Assembly: GCA_964016885.1 (NCBI GenBank)
Contig: OZ024742.1
Location: 343,852,001-343,916,000 of the forward strand
Source: Eledone cirrhosa
Lineage: Eukaryota
Direction: 5' to 3'
Length of the DNA: 64,000 bases
Shown: positions 28,303 through 43,780 of the stretch, piece after piece
Position numbering within the stretch: the first letter of the stretch is position 1
Layout of the letters: every line of letters starts with the position of its first letter
Made by a program: the position numbers and the translations under genes
Notes under the pieces: model-generated
The model's database searches: none
What the model saw: only the letters and a program-made list of their open reading frames with translations
Told to the model about the DNA's origin: nothing

Positions 28303-30829
28303 ATATAAGTATATATTATTCAGTTGATGAAAGTTGGTTGATCAAACAATCTAGCGACGTTTTCGTAAACAGACGTACAACACTCAACAATTTGTATTCC
28401 TTAGGATTTTCTCTGTGAGGTATTACCCGGAGTTTTAATAGAATAAATAAGAGAGACGGTTTTATTCGTACATCTTCATTTTATTACATAATTCGATTAT
28501 ACGTATTTCAAAGATATCAGAGTGGTTATATGATAACCCCCTGGCATGTTTCCATCAGATAGTGTAAGATGTATTTGCCTATCTATTGATATGTTATTGG
28601 TTTCTCGTGGTATTTACATCACCGATCGGTACCCATATGAATAGTTTTGTTATTCTAGTAATTATATGTGGAGTGGGAGACTATATTGTTGCTGGTATCC
28701 TGTGACTGTAACTAGGTTATGATATCAAATTACCCGAGGGGTCATTAATTATAGAAGCGTTAACTATATATTCTCACCCGTATGCATAAAATCTCGAAAA
28801 CTTTCCGGGGAATATATAATTAACGCTTCCATAATTAATCTAAAATAGACCTTAAAATAATTAGCAAACCATACGTCAATACATAGTTACACAGAAATCG
28901 TCTTATCCAATAATTAATGCCTAGGATAAAAATAGAAATACAGGGAATTAAGTTCAAAAATGAAAAAAAAAAAAAAATCAAATTAGTTCATTCAATCGAA
29001 ATCTAGGAAATATAGGAACTTGAGACTGACCCCTCTGGTAATTTGATACTGTAACCTGTTTACAGTCACACGATACCAGTGATGGCGAAATAAGAGCCCA
29101 CTGGACGTGTTTTTTAGAGTCCGCTTACGTCAGCAGCAATACAACCATGTGTGACTTCTTACCAAAAAGGAAACCAAATAATTAGAATATTTACATCAGT
29201 TGTCCTTAAAAGACTAAGGCACAGTAAAAAGCCTACTTTGATTAGCTTTTCCTAATATCTTCCTACCCAATGCTGTTATATCGGCTTTAATAGTAAGTTT
29301 GTTTTTTCTACGCTATTGTTTCTTTTATATTGTCGCCTTAAAATCGCTGTAACACACATTTCTAACACTGTGCATCGACGGAGTTACACAACTTATAGCT
29401 ACAAAGCAAAGACACTCTGCCATAAATACACTGTTAGAAACTACACGATAAATCACTAAGGAAAGTTATCAACATATTGTCTGAAGCTAAACATACCACT
29501 ATATACACACTGACGGCCGTTTGACCGAATATCTATCGATATATAACACTACTAACACAACGTAACCTTGCAATAGTAGCTTCTCTCATATGACGGAATT
29601 ATGTACTTGAAATAACCACCTTCATCAGAAACTCAAATATGTTGAATAAATCATCCATAAGTGACCAGGAATGTGCTGGAAAGGTCAAATAGATGTTTCC
29701 CCGAGGATCTGATTCGTAAATCCCACACTAAATTTCTTTAAAATTTTCGAAAAATTAAAATGTCTAGTCTGTATTTGGTATTCTGATTCGGACAAGGCAG
29801 CAGCGGATTGGTCAGATTAAAAGAAAGGGAGTGAAAATGAACTCCGCAGAGATCAATAACACAAATCAATGTGAAGGCGCATGGCTTAGTGGTTAGAGCA
29901 TTGGGCTTGCAATCGAAAGGTTGTGAGTTCAGTTCTCGGACCGAGTGATGTGTTGTTTCCTTGAACAAGACACTTTATTTCACGTTGCTCCAGTTTACTC
30001 AGCTGTAGAAATGAGATGAGAGGACTGGGGTCCCTATCATTAAAATCATCCGAGACTCCTCCAACGAGATATACATTGAAGGGGGCCAGCTAAACCGGCA
30101 TAGGTGTGAGCTGTAACAACAACAACAACAATAACACAGAAGCAGATTATCAAACCTGACCCAACATGTCAGAGGTCACTAAAACATGAATGAAAGAAAG
30201 AAAGAAAGCAATAGTTCGATTCGGACGAGTGTCAGGTGGCGATCTCCTGCCTCAGGCAGTCGCAGGGAGTCATCACCAGGCTCCCCAGGTCTGCCCGCAC
30301 TCCTATGGCTGAAGCGCTAGCGACTTCAATCGATCGAGCGCTTGACTCAGGCGATACACGGGACTGGACCAGACTGTTCAGATTTGCTACTCTCGTACTC
30401 GGAATCCCGTTAGTGGGGAACTTGGAGGCTCAGGGGCAATGTCGCCTCTTTCTGCGACCCTTCGCTCACGAATCTCTCTGCACTTTGTGTTCCGACCACC
30501 ACCGGATGATTTGTCAGCACTTCACCCGAAACATCCGAACACTCCTGCCCACATCAGGGGTCTCCAGCCCCGGCCAGCAGTCTCTTCCCGACAGCGTCCA
30601 GCGAGGACGTGGTAGCCACCCTAAGATCTGTTGCTGGTAGCAGCAGTGGTGGAGTAGACGGCTTGCGTCCCGGTCACCTCCGAGACCATATCTCGTTTCA
30701 CGCGGCGGAAGCAGGAGCCCTACTGCTCCAGTCATTAACATTACATGTCATTAACATTACATGTGTATGTATGTATGTATGTATGTATGTATGTATGTAT
30801 GTATGTATGTATGAATGTATGTATGTATG

Positions 30830-31436
30830 TCAGGTCACCAGTTGGTGCTACTGGTAACATGTATCCCAGTACAACCTGACCCATGGTCGGGTCGTTGGCG
30901 ACTAAACTGGCAACCCCACCAAGGTTTCTTGGTGAGGAGGGTGACTTTGGACATCCTGCAGGACTAAAAACAAGACCTGTCAAAGGGAAAGGAGCTCTTA
31001 AGAGTCAATGGCCATCCAAAATCACCGGGAGAGATGACCCTTTAGCCTTTGTCAAGGCAGAATTCTAGGAGAAGGAAAACTCTGATATAACACCTGCAAC
31101 TCTGATGGTATCCAATGATGTTGACTTGTTCTTCTTTTTGGTAAATATCATCTTGGTTAAGAGAGTGGGACTGGCTTTGTGCAGTGCCTTTGCTCACTAT
31201 AAAAGCTTCACGGCACAGGCATTGCTTTATATCTGGAGATCTCTCTGCACTTGTCGTCACAGGGTACCATGGGCCCAGCACTATGTGTCAATATTTGTCA
31301 CAAGTGTAGTGTTTGTACCAGAGTTTTCAAGTCGCTGGCTGGACTAAAAAGTCACACTCGTTCAGCGCATCGGTAGGGGTTCTCCTATATGGATATAAAG
31401 TAGTGGCCGTACTCGAAAACGAGTTGGCAGCCACCA
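30830..31436 (+). mobile_element. About 607-bp non-autonomous RTE derivative, copy 1
   Basis: Ends with HKCSVCTRVFKSLAGLKSHTRSAHR* (RTE C-terminal C2H2), short 3' UTR hairpin and (ATGT)n tail; no RT. Confidence 0.7.
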
Positions 31437-32280
31437 TGTATGTATGTATGTATGTATGTATGTATGTGTGCATGTGTGCATGTGTGCATGTATGCATGTA
31501 TGTATGTATGCATGTATGCATGTGTGCGTGTGTGCATGTGTGCATGTATGCATGTATGCATGTATGTATGTATGCATGTATGCATGGGTGCATGGGTGCA
31601 TGTGTGTATGTGTGTATGTATGTATGTATGTATGAATGTATGTGTGAATGTATGCATGTATGCATGTATGTATGTATTATGTATGCATGTATGCATGTGT
31701 GCATGTGTGCATATATGTATGTATGTATGCATGTGTGCATGTGTGCATGGGTGCATGTGTGTATGTATGTATGTATGTATGTATGTATGTATGTGTGAAT
31801 GTGTGCATGTGTGCATGTGTGTATGTATGTATGTATGTATGTATGCATGTGTGCATGTGTGCATGTGTGCATGTGTGTATGTATGTATGTATGTATGTAT
31901 GTATGTTTGTGTGCATGTATGCATGTGTGCATGTGTGCATGTGTGCATGTGTGTATGTATGTATGTATGTATGTATGTATGTATGTGTGCATGTATGCAT
32001 GTGTGCATGTGTGCATGTATGCATGTATGCATGTATGTATGTATGCATGTGTGCATGTGTGCATGTTTGCATGCATGTATGTATGTATTATGTATGCATG
32101 TATGCATGTGTGCATGTGTGCATGTATGTATGTATGTATGCATGTGTGCATGTGTGCATGGGTGCATGTGTGTATGTATGTATGTATGTATGTATGTATG
32201 TATGTATGTATGCATGTGTGCATGTGTGCATGTGTGTGTGTATGTATGTATGTATGTATGTATGTATGTATGTATGTATG
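31437..32280. repeat. (TATG)n/(CATG)n compound microsatellite
   Basis: Direct inspection. Confidence 0.95.
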
Positions 32281-32887
32281 TCAGGTCACCAGTTGGTGCT
32301 ACTGGTAACATGTATCCCAGTACAACCTGTCCCATGGTCGGGTCGTTGGCGACTAAACTGGCAACCCCACCAAGGTTTCTTGGTGAGGAGGGTGACTTTG
32401 GACATCCTGCAGGACTAAAAACAAAACCTGTCAAAGGGCAAAGGAGCTCTTAAGAGTCAATGGCCATCCAAAATCACCGGGAGAGATGACCCCTTAGCCT
32501 TTGTCAAGGCAGAATTCTAGGAGAAGGAAAACTCTGATATAACACCTGCAACCCTGATGGTATCCAATGATGTTGACTTGTTCTTCTTTTTGGTAAATAT
32601 CATCTTGGTTAAGAGAGTGGGACTGGCTTTGTGCAGTGCCTTTGCTCACTATAAAAGCTTCACGGCACAGGCATTGCTTTATATCTGGAGATCTCTCTGC
32701 ACTTGTCGTCACATGGTACCATGGGCCCAGCACTATGTGTCAGTAATTGTCACAAGTGTAGTGTTTGTACCAGAGTTTTCAAGTCGCTGGCTGGACTAAA
32801 AAGTCACACTCGTTCAGCGCATCGGTAGGGGTTCTCCTACATGGATATAAAGTAGTGGCCGTACTCGAAAACGAGTTGGCAGCCACC
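32281..32887 (+). mobile_element. Non-autonomous RTE derivative, copy 2
   Basis: Near-identical to 30830-31436 (a handful of substitutions). Confidence 0.7.
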
Positions 32888-33600
32888 ATGTATGTATGTA
32901 TGTATGTATGTATGTGTGCATGTGTGCATGTGTGCATGTATGCATGTATGTATGTATATTTCGGTCGCTCTCCGACAGGTTTGCGGTCGTACCCCTAGCA
33001 GTGGAGACTTCTGGTGTGAGCCTAGCGGGATGGAATGGCTCTTCCAGCGCATCTCCCTTACCATCCTTCGGGCAAACACCTTCTCCATTCTGTCCCCCGG
33101 AGCCGAGGGGCAGCTAGCACGTGGGATCCCATTTGCTTATAATAGAGAGAGATGGAGGCGATGACAGTGGGAGTTCGGCTCTTCCGTGTTCGGATACATC
33201 AATTCTATGTTACTGTTGATACTTAAATAACCGACCAATGTTCCTTCATTAATACATTTGTATGTATGTTCGTCTGGCTTTATAACTTTATAAATTTACA
33301 CATCAACTAGGTAGATATGTATGTCTGTCTGCAGGTGTGCATGTGTGTGCAGGTATGGATGTTATTATATTTGTGGATGTGTATGTTTCCGGGTTCAGTA
33401 CTGCCCAGGCCGACCAAGTCTTGTGAGTGGATTTGATAGACCGAAACTAAAAGAAGCGCGTCGTATATACGTATATATGTGTGTGTCTTTGCGTTTGTGT
33501 TTGCCCTCCCACCAATGCTTGTTGGTTTGTTGACGTCCCCATAACTTACCAAGATGATGTTCCAGCATGGGGGTAGTCCAGAGACAGAAAAAAAAGTAAA

Positions 33601-33674
<74 letters not shown>

Positions 33675-33688
33675 ATGTGTGTGTAGAA

Positions 33689-34088
33689 GAGGGGTCTCAA
33701 ACTGAAGGTCATAAAAGGGCCATTACGTCCTGTAAAAGAGGCACAGTGGGCCAAATGTGGTGGTGGATGATGATTTTCACCAGTTACAATCATTTCTACT
33801 ATAGGCGCATGAAATTTAGGGTTTAGGGTCCCGTCGATTACATGAATATCAGTTCACAACTGGTACTTAATTTATCGACCCCAAAAGGATGAAAGGCAAA
33901 TTTGAGATCGGCGGAATTTGAACTCGGAACGTAAAAACGGAAGAAGTATCACTAACCATTTCGCCAGATGTGCTAACGATTCCACCAGCTCACCACCTTA
34001 TTTTCACCAGTTATAATGGAATCTGAAATATTGGTTCTACCACGGGCCATAGAAAAGTAGTTTTCGGGCCGCATGTTTGAACCCTCTG
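33689..34088. mobile_element. hAT-like MITE interrupted by a SINE (33791-34000, -) with a 17-bp TSD
   Basis: Ends gaggggtctcaaa / tttgaaccctctg; ttttcaccagttayaat duplicated around the SINE. Confidence 0.55.
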
Positions 34089-34176
34089 TTGGAGAAGTAG
34101 ATAGACGTGTACCAAACACACACACACACACATTTCTTACTCTCTCTGTCTCCCCCCCTCTCTCTCTCTCTCTCTC

Positions 34177-34266
<90 letters not shown>

Positions 34267-34834
34267 GAGAAGAAAGAATACTGCGTGGTTAAACATGGGT
34301 TACATATGATAAAAAGTCCTTCGTCAGTGATTTTCCAACCTTCATTCGTATTTCATCGCTTTAAAAATCATATACCTCCGGTTGGTGCGAGCAATAGCTA
34401 AATAAGGCTATTGGGACAAGTAAATCGCGTAAAGCGAGCGAAACAAGTAAACAAACATAGAAGGATTGATAGCAACGCAAAGATAGGAAAAAACAAGCAA
34501 CATGGTTATCCGGTCAGCTTAAGCTGGGTGGATTTCATGAGCGAGCGATGTATAAGACCATCCGACGTGAATGAGATGTGAGCAAGAAGAGAACTCACTA
34601 CAGGCCAAACGGGAGGAAGTGAGAAGGGGAGAAACAGAGTAAGTGAGTGGAAGTGTCAGTCGAGAGAAAGTGTAACTGACAGAGGGGGCGAAAGAAGGTG
34701 AGAGAAACAGAGAGAGCGGGGAAGCAGTAAGAGAGAAACAGACAAACGCAGCCGAGGAAAATATATATAAAAAACATGAGAAGAAAGAATACTGCGTGGT
34801 TGTACATGGGTTACATATGATAAAAAGTCCTTCA

Positions 34835-35765
34835 TGGTCGAGTCCGCTTAAGAGTATACCCTCGGGAATGGAAAATAGTATACTCTTAACCGAACTATAC
34901 TCTTATCGGGACTAAGTAAAAATATTCCATAGTATTATTATTTTGAGTCTTTCAATGATTAATAATCGCTTTATTATCGTTTAAAATGCATTTATAAATT
35001 AAAAAAATGAAAGTTACACCAAAAATTTCAACAAGAATTATTGCAAATTATAGATAAATTAAGCAATATTTCAACATATTGATATACAATTTTTATTTCC
35101 TAAAAATAGTGCAAAATGCTTTTTTGCACTCGATTGCTCGCAATTTTTTTTTCAATCAATTCCTTCTATCTCAGACAGAGTATAATTTTCAAAATGTTCA
35201 AACGATTGTATCATATAGGACCGTACAGTGAACAAAGCATTTATTCCTTCTTTTCGAAAGATCTAAAATATTGATAAATGATTAAAGTTATGTTAGGTAC
35301 CTATGCACATTCATATTATAAATATAAAAATAATACATACTAACCTTTGAGTAATGGATATTTTTTGAGTAATGGATAAAGCAGAGCGTTTCAAAGACAT
35401 TTTTATGACACAATGAATTATTATTTTTGTATTTGCATATATTAAATTTTAAATTGCTTTTAGAATGGTTGTATAAATGACATCATCGCATTTCATTCTG
35501 AATTGTTTTAAAATGGTTATGTTACATTATAAGCCCAATTTACTTTACCGTATTCATTATACTCTTATTCGGACTAAATTATATAGAAAATATATAAACG
35601 GGAATTGATTATGCTATACTTTTATGCGAACTATACTCTTATCCGATATACTCTTAAGCGGACCCATGCACTGTACAAAACAGTACATAAATTCGGGAAT
35701 TGATTATGCTATACTCTTAAGCGGGCTATAGTCTTATCCGATATACCCTTAAGCGGACTCGACTG
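34835..35765. mobile_element. Non-autonomous Tc1/pogo-type DNA transposon (about 930 bp)
   Basis: TIR GTCGAGTCCGCTTAAGRGTATA at both ends; right end GACTG|TA; subterminal tatactctta repeats; AT-rich non-coding interior. Confidence 0.75.
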
Positions 35766-37280
<1,515 letters not shown>

Positions 37281-37344
37281 TTGTTTGTGTGTGTGTTAGT
37301 GTGTGCGCGCGCGTGTATGTGTGTGTGTTTGTATCTATCTATGT

Positions 37345-37872
37345 ATATATATATATATAAGGGATACAGATATTGTTGTTCACTGTCACCAAGCATCTCA
37401 ATTCATTCGTTGCAACTAAGTTTGTGAACGAGGCACTATATTTTGTGATTCAAGAGAAAGGTAAGAATTTCTTCATATTTTGCATCTTTTGTATTTTGAC
37501 TTTACAGTTTGAATTGTAGAATTGTCTATCCACTCAAAATATTACAACAGCTAACAGTGAAATATAGAATTTAAAAAAAAAAGCTTTTTCGACTGAGATC
37601 AAATCTTTGAGAACATTCACGTCTTTTTTTTTTAAATATATAATTTGAAACAGCTTGCTTTTGTTGTGGACTGAAACTTTTTTGTATTTAATTCGTACGG
37701 GTATTTTTTAAAGATCTTTTTAAAGATTCTATCATAACTTGATTTGGTCCAGTAATCTACTGATATTAAAACCAGTAGTATATTGAAAAAGGGAAAAATA
37801 GGGTAGGGGGGCGTTGCGTGATTTCAAGGGGAAAAAGGGGGCGTTTGGCCGAAATGGGTTGAGAACCTTTGG
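37345..37872 (+). mobile_element. hAT (Charlie-like) 3' remnant
   Basis: Terminal ggttgagaacctttg followed by gtttaga; G-rich subterminal region. Confidence 0.4.
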
Positions 37873-38444
37873 TTTAGAATATATGAGCCCTCATTAAAAA
37901 TTGTCCACACACACACACACACAGAAAACTTCAGCTTTATATATATACAGATATATATATACAGATATATATATACAGATATATATTATATATATATATA
38001 TATATAGTAGAATAATCGAGTATCGAAAAATCGGCGCACGAGTTCACGATAAACAAAATTCGACATGAGTGGCAGAGGGCTCAATAATTCAGAGAAATCA
38101 GAGCTATAACTATCGTTAAAATACCAACACACATAGATTATGTCTAAAATCAACCATACGACCGAAAAATCACGATCAGGAAGATTCGGGTCACTCAGAT
38201 AAAATATCAATAAATCAATAAATCATGTGAATATATATATATATATATATATATTGAGAGAGAGAGAGAGAGACGGAGAGATCTAATATGATGTAATCGT
38301 ATTTATAACCCTTGCTACTGAAGATACAGACAATGATGAAATAAGCTCTCAAGATATAGGAATAATTAAGTACTGTATTCTTCAGAATATAAGATGCAAC
38401 AGATTTTGAGGTGAAAAAAAAAGCTCTACTTTACATGGCATGAG

Positions 38445-39090
38445 TTGTGTGGATTAGCAGTATCGGTAGAGCATCGGACACCCTCTACGTTCCGAGTTCA
38501 TATCTCACCGAGCTTAGGTTTGCCTTTCATCCTTACGGGGTCGATAATATTACCAGGAACGTACTGGAATCAATTTAACCGACTTTCTCCTCAACCACTA
38601 TCGCTGACATTGTGCCTAGAGTAGAAATCATTTTGGCAGTGTCGGTAGAGAGTCGGACACCATTCTTTGTAGCACAGAGTTACGGCCCTTTACATTCTGA
38701 GTTCAAATCCCGCTGAGGTTAACTTTGCCTTTCATCCTTACCGGGTCGATAAAATAAAGTACCAGTAATACACTGGGATAATTGCTGGCTTTGTGCCAAA
38801 AGTCGAAATAATTATTATAAATATATTAAGGGCGGTGGATTGGCAGAATCGGTAGAGTGTCGGACACCATGCTTCGCAGCATAGAGTTACGCGCTTTTAC
38901 GTAATCGCTAGAGCATCGACCATATGCTTTGCGGAACAGTTTCGTCTCTTTATGTTCTGAGTTCAAATCCCGCTGAGATTAGCTTTACCTTTCATCCATA
39001 CGGGGTCGATAATATAAAGTACCAGTATCTTCTTTCTCTACCGCCCCACCCCCCGAAATTGCTGGCCTTGTGCCTAAATTAGAAACCATT
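38445..39090 (+). mobile_element. Head-to-tail array of 3-4 Meta-type SINEs
   Basis: Repeated SINE consensus. Confidence 0.85.
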
Positions 39091-39759
39091 ATTGCTGTAA
39101 TTATACCTTCGGATGGCAGAGTGCAGGTAGATCTTGACAGATTTTACATTAAATGTTGTAAAAAATATATATTTTATACAGCAGAATGTATGTGAAGAAA
39201 ATATTGCCTTTAACTATTCACTTGTTCATAATAATTTGAAAAATACTATAATTCCTAGCATGCTTCGCTCCCTAAATTGAATGAAGTAACGCCAACAACA
39301 CACAAGAGCACACACACACACACACACTCACATATACACGCTCACATATACACACTCACCCCCATACACACACATACACGCACACATATACACATGGTCA
39401 CATACACACTCACATATACACGCTCACATACACACACACAAACACTCACTCATTTATACACATACACAGACATACACAGACACACACACACCTGTAGCAC
39501 GTAGCTTGAGGAAATGCTCGACGTAGGCAGTATGTATTGATAACATGAATTAGGAACATGTTATATGTTGCGCAGCCACTTCCTTATGCTAAACTAAAGT
39601 ATGAGACATATCACTTAAAACTTAATATGCGTCTCCTACCCCCTCTTTCTCTACAAACTAACTGACCCGGAGTTTATTCAGTCGTTTAATTAGAAAAAAA
39701 TCCTCACCAATTATCAATCTGACATTTTAAATGTTTTATTTAATAGTTAAATATATGCA

Positions 39760-41390
39760 CAAAAATTATATGTATATATATAGTACTTGATTATAAATAT
39801 ATACACACACATTATATATACAATACTCAATTATATGTATATACACACAAATTATATATACAGTACTTAATTATAAATATAGAGCACAACAAATTATATA
39901 TACAGTATTTAATCATATATAAACATATACACACACATTATATACACTATTTAATCATATATAAATATATACACACACATTATATACAGTATTTAATCAT
40001 ATATAAATATATACACACACATTATATATACAGTATTTAATCATATATAAACATATACACACAAATTATATATACAGTATTTAATCATATATAAATATAT
40101 ACACATAAATTATATACACTATTTAATCATATATAAATATATACACACAAATTATATATACAGTATTTAATCATATATAAACATATACACACAAATTATA
40201 TATACAGTATTTAATCATATATAAACATATACACACAAATTATATATACAGTATTTAATCATATATAAATATATACACACAAATTATATATACACTTTTT
40301 AATCATATTTACACCTCACCAAGACAATGTCACTGGACCGAGACCTTTGGCGGTACTCAGTAATAGAGAAGACCCACCTTGCCAGTAGGCATCTCTAACA
40401 AAATACACCCCGTCCCACCACCACAACCCCCACCCCATCCACACCACCCCGTTCTATGTAAAGTTATGTTGGTGCCGCGCCATCCAGGCCGAAACAAATG
40501 AGATCGTGTAGGTGTCACGACAAAAAAACACACAGTCCACGCTGTAATGTGGCCGTGTAGGCAACACGGTAAAAACCTCCCAGACCCACACTGTAAATGT
40601 GGTTGGTGTTAGGAAGGGCATCCAACTGTAGAAAACCTGCCAGACAGTCCTATGCGAGCAAGAAAATCACTCTTGCTTCAAGTGGGACTACCCCCGTCCA
40701 AACCCATGCAAGCGTGGAACACGGACGTTAAACGTTGATGATGATGATGATGATGATGATAAATATGTACACATAAATTATATACACTATTTAATCATAT
40801 ATAAATATATACACACACATTATATATACAGTATTTAATCATATATAAACATATACACACAAATTATATATACAGTATTTAATCATATATAAATATATAC
40901 ACATAAATTATATACACTATTTAATCATATATAAACATATACACACAAATTATATATACAGTATTTAATCATATATAAACATATACACACAAATTATATA
41001 TACACTATTTAATCATATATAAATATATACACACAAATTATATATACACTATTTAATCATATATAAATATATACACACAAATTATATATACAGTATTTAA
41101 TCATATATAAACATATACACACAAATTATATATACAGTATTTAATCATATATAAACATATACACACAAATTATATATACAGTATTTAATCATATATAAGC
41201 ATATACACACAAATTATATATACAGTATTTAATCATATATAAACATATACACACAAATTATATATACAGTATTTAATCATATATAAACATATACACACAA
41301 ATTATATATACACTATTTAATCATATATAAATATATACACACAAATTATATATACAGTATTTAATCATATATAAATATATACACACAAAT
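39760..41390. repeat. 33-35-bp AT-rich minisatellite interrupted by an RTE 3' end
   Basis: Unit cacacaaattatatatacagtatttaatcatatataaa(c/t)ata. Confidence 0.95.
40308..40760 (+). mobile_element. RTE-clade LINE 3' end with (GAT)n tail
   Basis: MSLDRDLWRY motif, ggttggtgttaggaagggcatcc, cggacgttaaac(gat)n. Confidence 0.7.
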
Positions 41391-41721
41391 GAAATGGAAT
41401 AAATATAAGGAATGACTGAAACTACCAAACTAGAATATTTTGTCTTTTGCAGAACTGACCGTGAGGCTCAGCTACAACACCGCCCCTCCCTAGGTACAGA
41501 GACCATCACCCTATACACTCCCCCTTCATTTTTACTTATGTGGTCCAAGAGTCCTTGTTTTTGACCTCCATTTCCTCACATTTATGGCACTTACATTCCT
41601 GTCCTCTACTTTCCTATACACCCACACCCACACCTGCCCTTTTTAACACCCTCACCCCTCTTGTCATTACTTAATTTTGTTTTTTACTTACTTTTTCATA
41701 TTTCCATCATTGTATAGTTTT

Positions 41722-42412
41722 TGTCAGTAAAATATAGTTGACATATTGTCTATAAAATATAGTTGACATATTGTCAGTAAAATATAGTTGACATATCCTG
41801 TCAGTAAAATATAGTTGACATATTCTGTCAGTAAAATATAGTTGACATATTCTGTCAGTAAAATATAGTTGACATATCCTGTCAGTAAAATATAGTTATC
41901 ATATTCTGTCTGTAAAATATAGTTGACATATTCTGTCAGTAAAATATAGTTGACATATCCTGTCAGTAAAATATAGTTGACATATTCTGTCTGTAAAATA
42001 TAGTTGACATATTCTGTCTGTAAAATATAGTTGACATATTCTGTCTGAAAATATAGTTGATATATTGTGTCTGTAAAATATAGTTGACATATTGTGTCTG
42101 TAAAATATAGTTGACATATTCTGTCTGTAAAATATAATTGACATATTCTGTCAGTAAAATATAGTTGACATATTCTGTCTGTAAAATATAGTTGACATAT
42201 TCTGTCAGTAAAATATAGTTGACATATTCTGTCAGTAAAATATAGTTGACATATTGTGTCTGAAAATATAGTTGATATATTGTGTCTGTAAAATATAGTT
42301 GACATATTTTGTCTGTAAAATATAGTTGACATATTGTGTCTGTAAAATATAGTTGACATATTTTGTCTGTAAAATATAGTTGACATATTCTGTCAGTAAA
42401 ATATAGTTGACA
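41722..42412. repeat. 28-bp minisatellite, about 25 copies
   Basis: Unit gtaaaatatagttgacatattctgtc(a/t). Confidence 0.95.
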
Positions 42413-43424
42413 TTATAAAAGTTATGTTTGAAGATAAACAGTATTTTGTGTGTAGTGCGTGGATATGTAAATAAAGATTTGAGTACTATCGACATCACTG
42501 CCGCCGGTATCTTGCTTGCATTCACCACACATATAACCACACACACATACACACACATATAGATACACACACACACATATAGATACACACACACACCTAG
42601 ATACACACACACACACACATAGTCACACCCAAACACATACACGTATTGTCAAACACACATATGCACACACATATTGTCACACGCATACATGCACACATAT
42701 ATGCACACATATACATATAGTCACATACACATATATAGTCACACACGCATATACACACACCACATACACACATACATATTGTTACCATCCCCCTTTCCAT
42801 AAAAACATGCAATGAAAAACACTTTCGGCGTTGCTGCTGCTACCAACAACAACAACAACAACAACAACCATCACTACCCCCCCTCTCTCCCCCCCTCTCT
42901 CTTTCTCTCTCATACACACACTTTTACCATCTCTATTTCACAGCGTGACAAACATTATACGCCACAGATACACCTTGAATATAACAGCTTTATATATAAT
43001 AGATAAAAAATCACAAGCAGAGGAAATAAAAGATTCGATTGCTTTTATATAATTCAGACACTGAGTCATTTTTGTTCCCTCATACAGTCTAATATTCTTT
43101 AGATATTGTGTATCTTTACAATGCTGTGAAAGACGGCGAAATAGCAGAGGGGTTAAGGTACCGGATTAAAAAGTATTTATTCCGGTTCACTGCACCCTGT
43201 TTAAATCCTTCTAAGGTCAAGTTTGTCTTCATCCTTTCCAGATCGATAAATAAAGTATTACCCATGTAGTGGGGTTCTATCATTCTCCATTCTTCCTGTA
43301 GCTGTCTGTTTTTCTCTTTTTCTCACTGACTTTATTTTCTCTTTTTGGTTTTTATGGAAGAAATTGGCTCAAGTCCCCATTTATAGAGGGATGGGCTCCA
43401 CCAAGTTTAAAATGCTCAAGGCAT

Positions 43425-43780
43425 CATCTTCTTCGATCCCTAGCTGGCGATTGAGTGGTGGTGAGGAGTGTCCTCTCAATGTATTCGCTGCTGTGGGTGC
43501 CGCTGGCTGATGGACTCCGATGATGATGTTCTTCCACGCTAAATTATTCATAGCAGTGACCTTAGCACCGTCGAGGTCGAGGCGGTGCGATTTCAGGTCC
43601 TCCTCAATCTGTTTTACTTTTGTCTTCTTCGATGCGCTACGTTGGATTATCCAGTACATTGGTAGCTGTCGTGATAAACGTTGGTGTGGGTAATCTTCCG
43701 GGGCTCATCCTGCAGATGTGGCCAAACATCTGTAGCCTGCGTTGCCGATATTGGTCCAAAGCCTGGCTGCAAAAGGAGGA
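43425..43780 (-). mobile_element. RTE-clade LINE C-terminal remnant
   Basis: RQRRLQMFGHICRM and QIEEDLK...AMNNLAWK motifs. Confidence 0.7.

Larger units (their letters stand above)
30225..33220 (+). mobile_element. Internally deleted CRE-clade (RLE) non-LTR element interrupted by RTE-derived inserts
   Basis: LPRSARTPMAEAL...WTRLFRF; GSSSGGVDGLRPGHLRD; at 32960-33100 RFAVVPLAVETSG and WLFQRISLTILRAN (CRE RLE tail). Confidence 0.75.

Noticed and set aside
29876-29945. tRNA-like sequence
   Set aside because: Head of a tRNA-derived SINE continuing into SINE core and tail; no intact acceptor stem
30829-30915. HDV-like ribozyme at the 5' end of the mini-RTE
   Set aside because: P4, CTAA and P2-like elements are visible, but I could not build a consistent P1/P3/P1.1 nested pseudoknot by hand
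38010-38215. TATTTTAT-CTGAGTGA hammerhead-like start on the minus strand
   Set aside because: No GAAA/stem III/stem I partner found downstream
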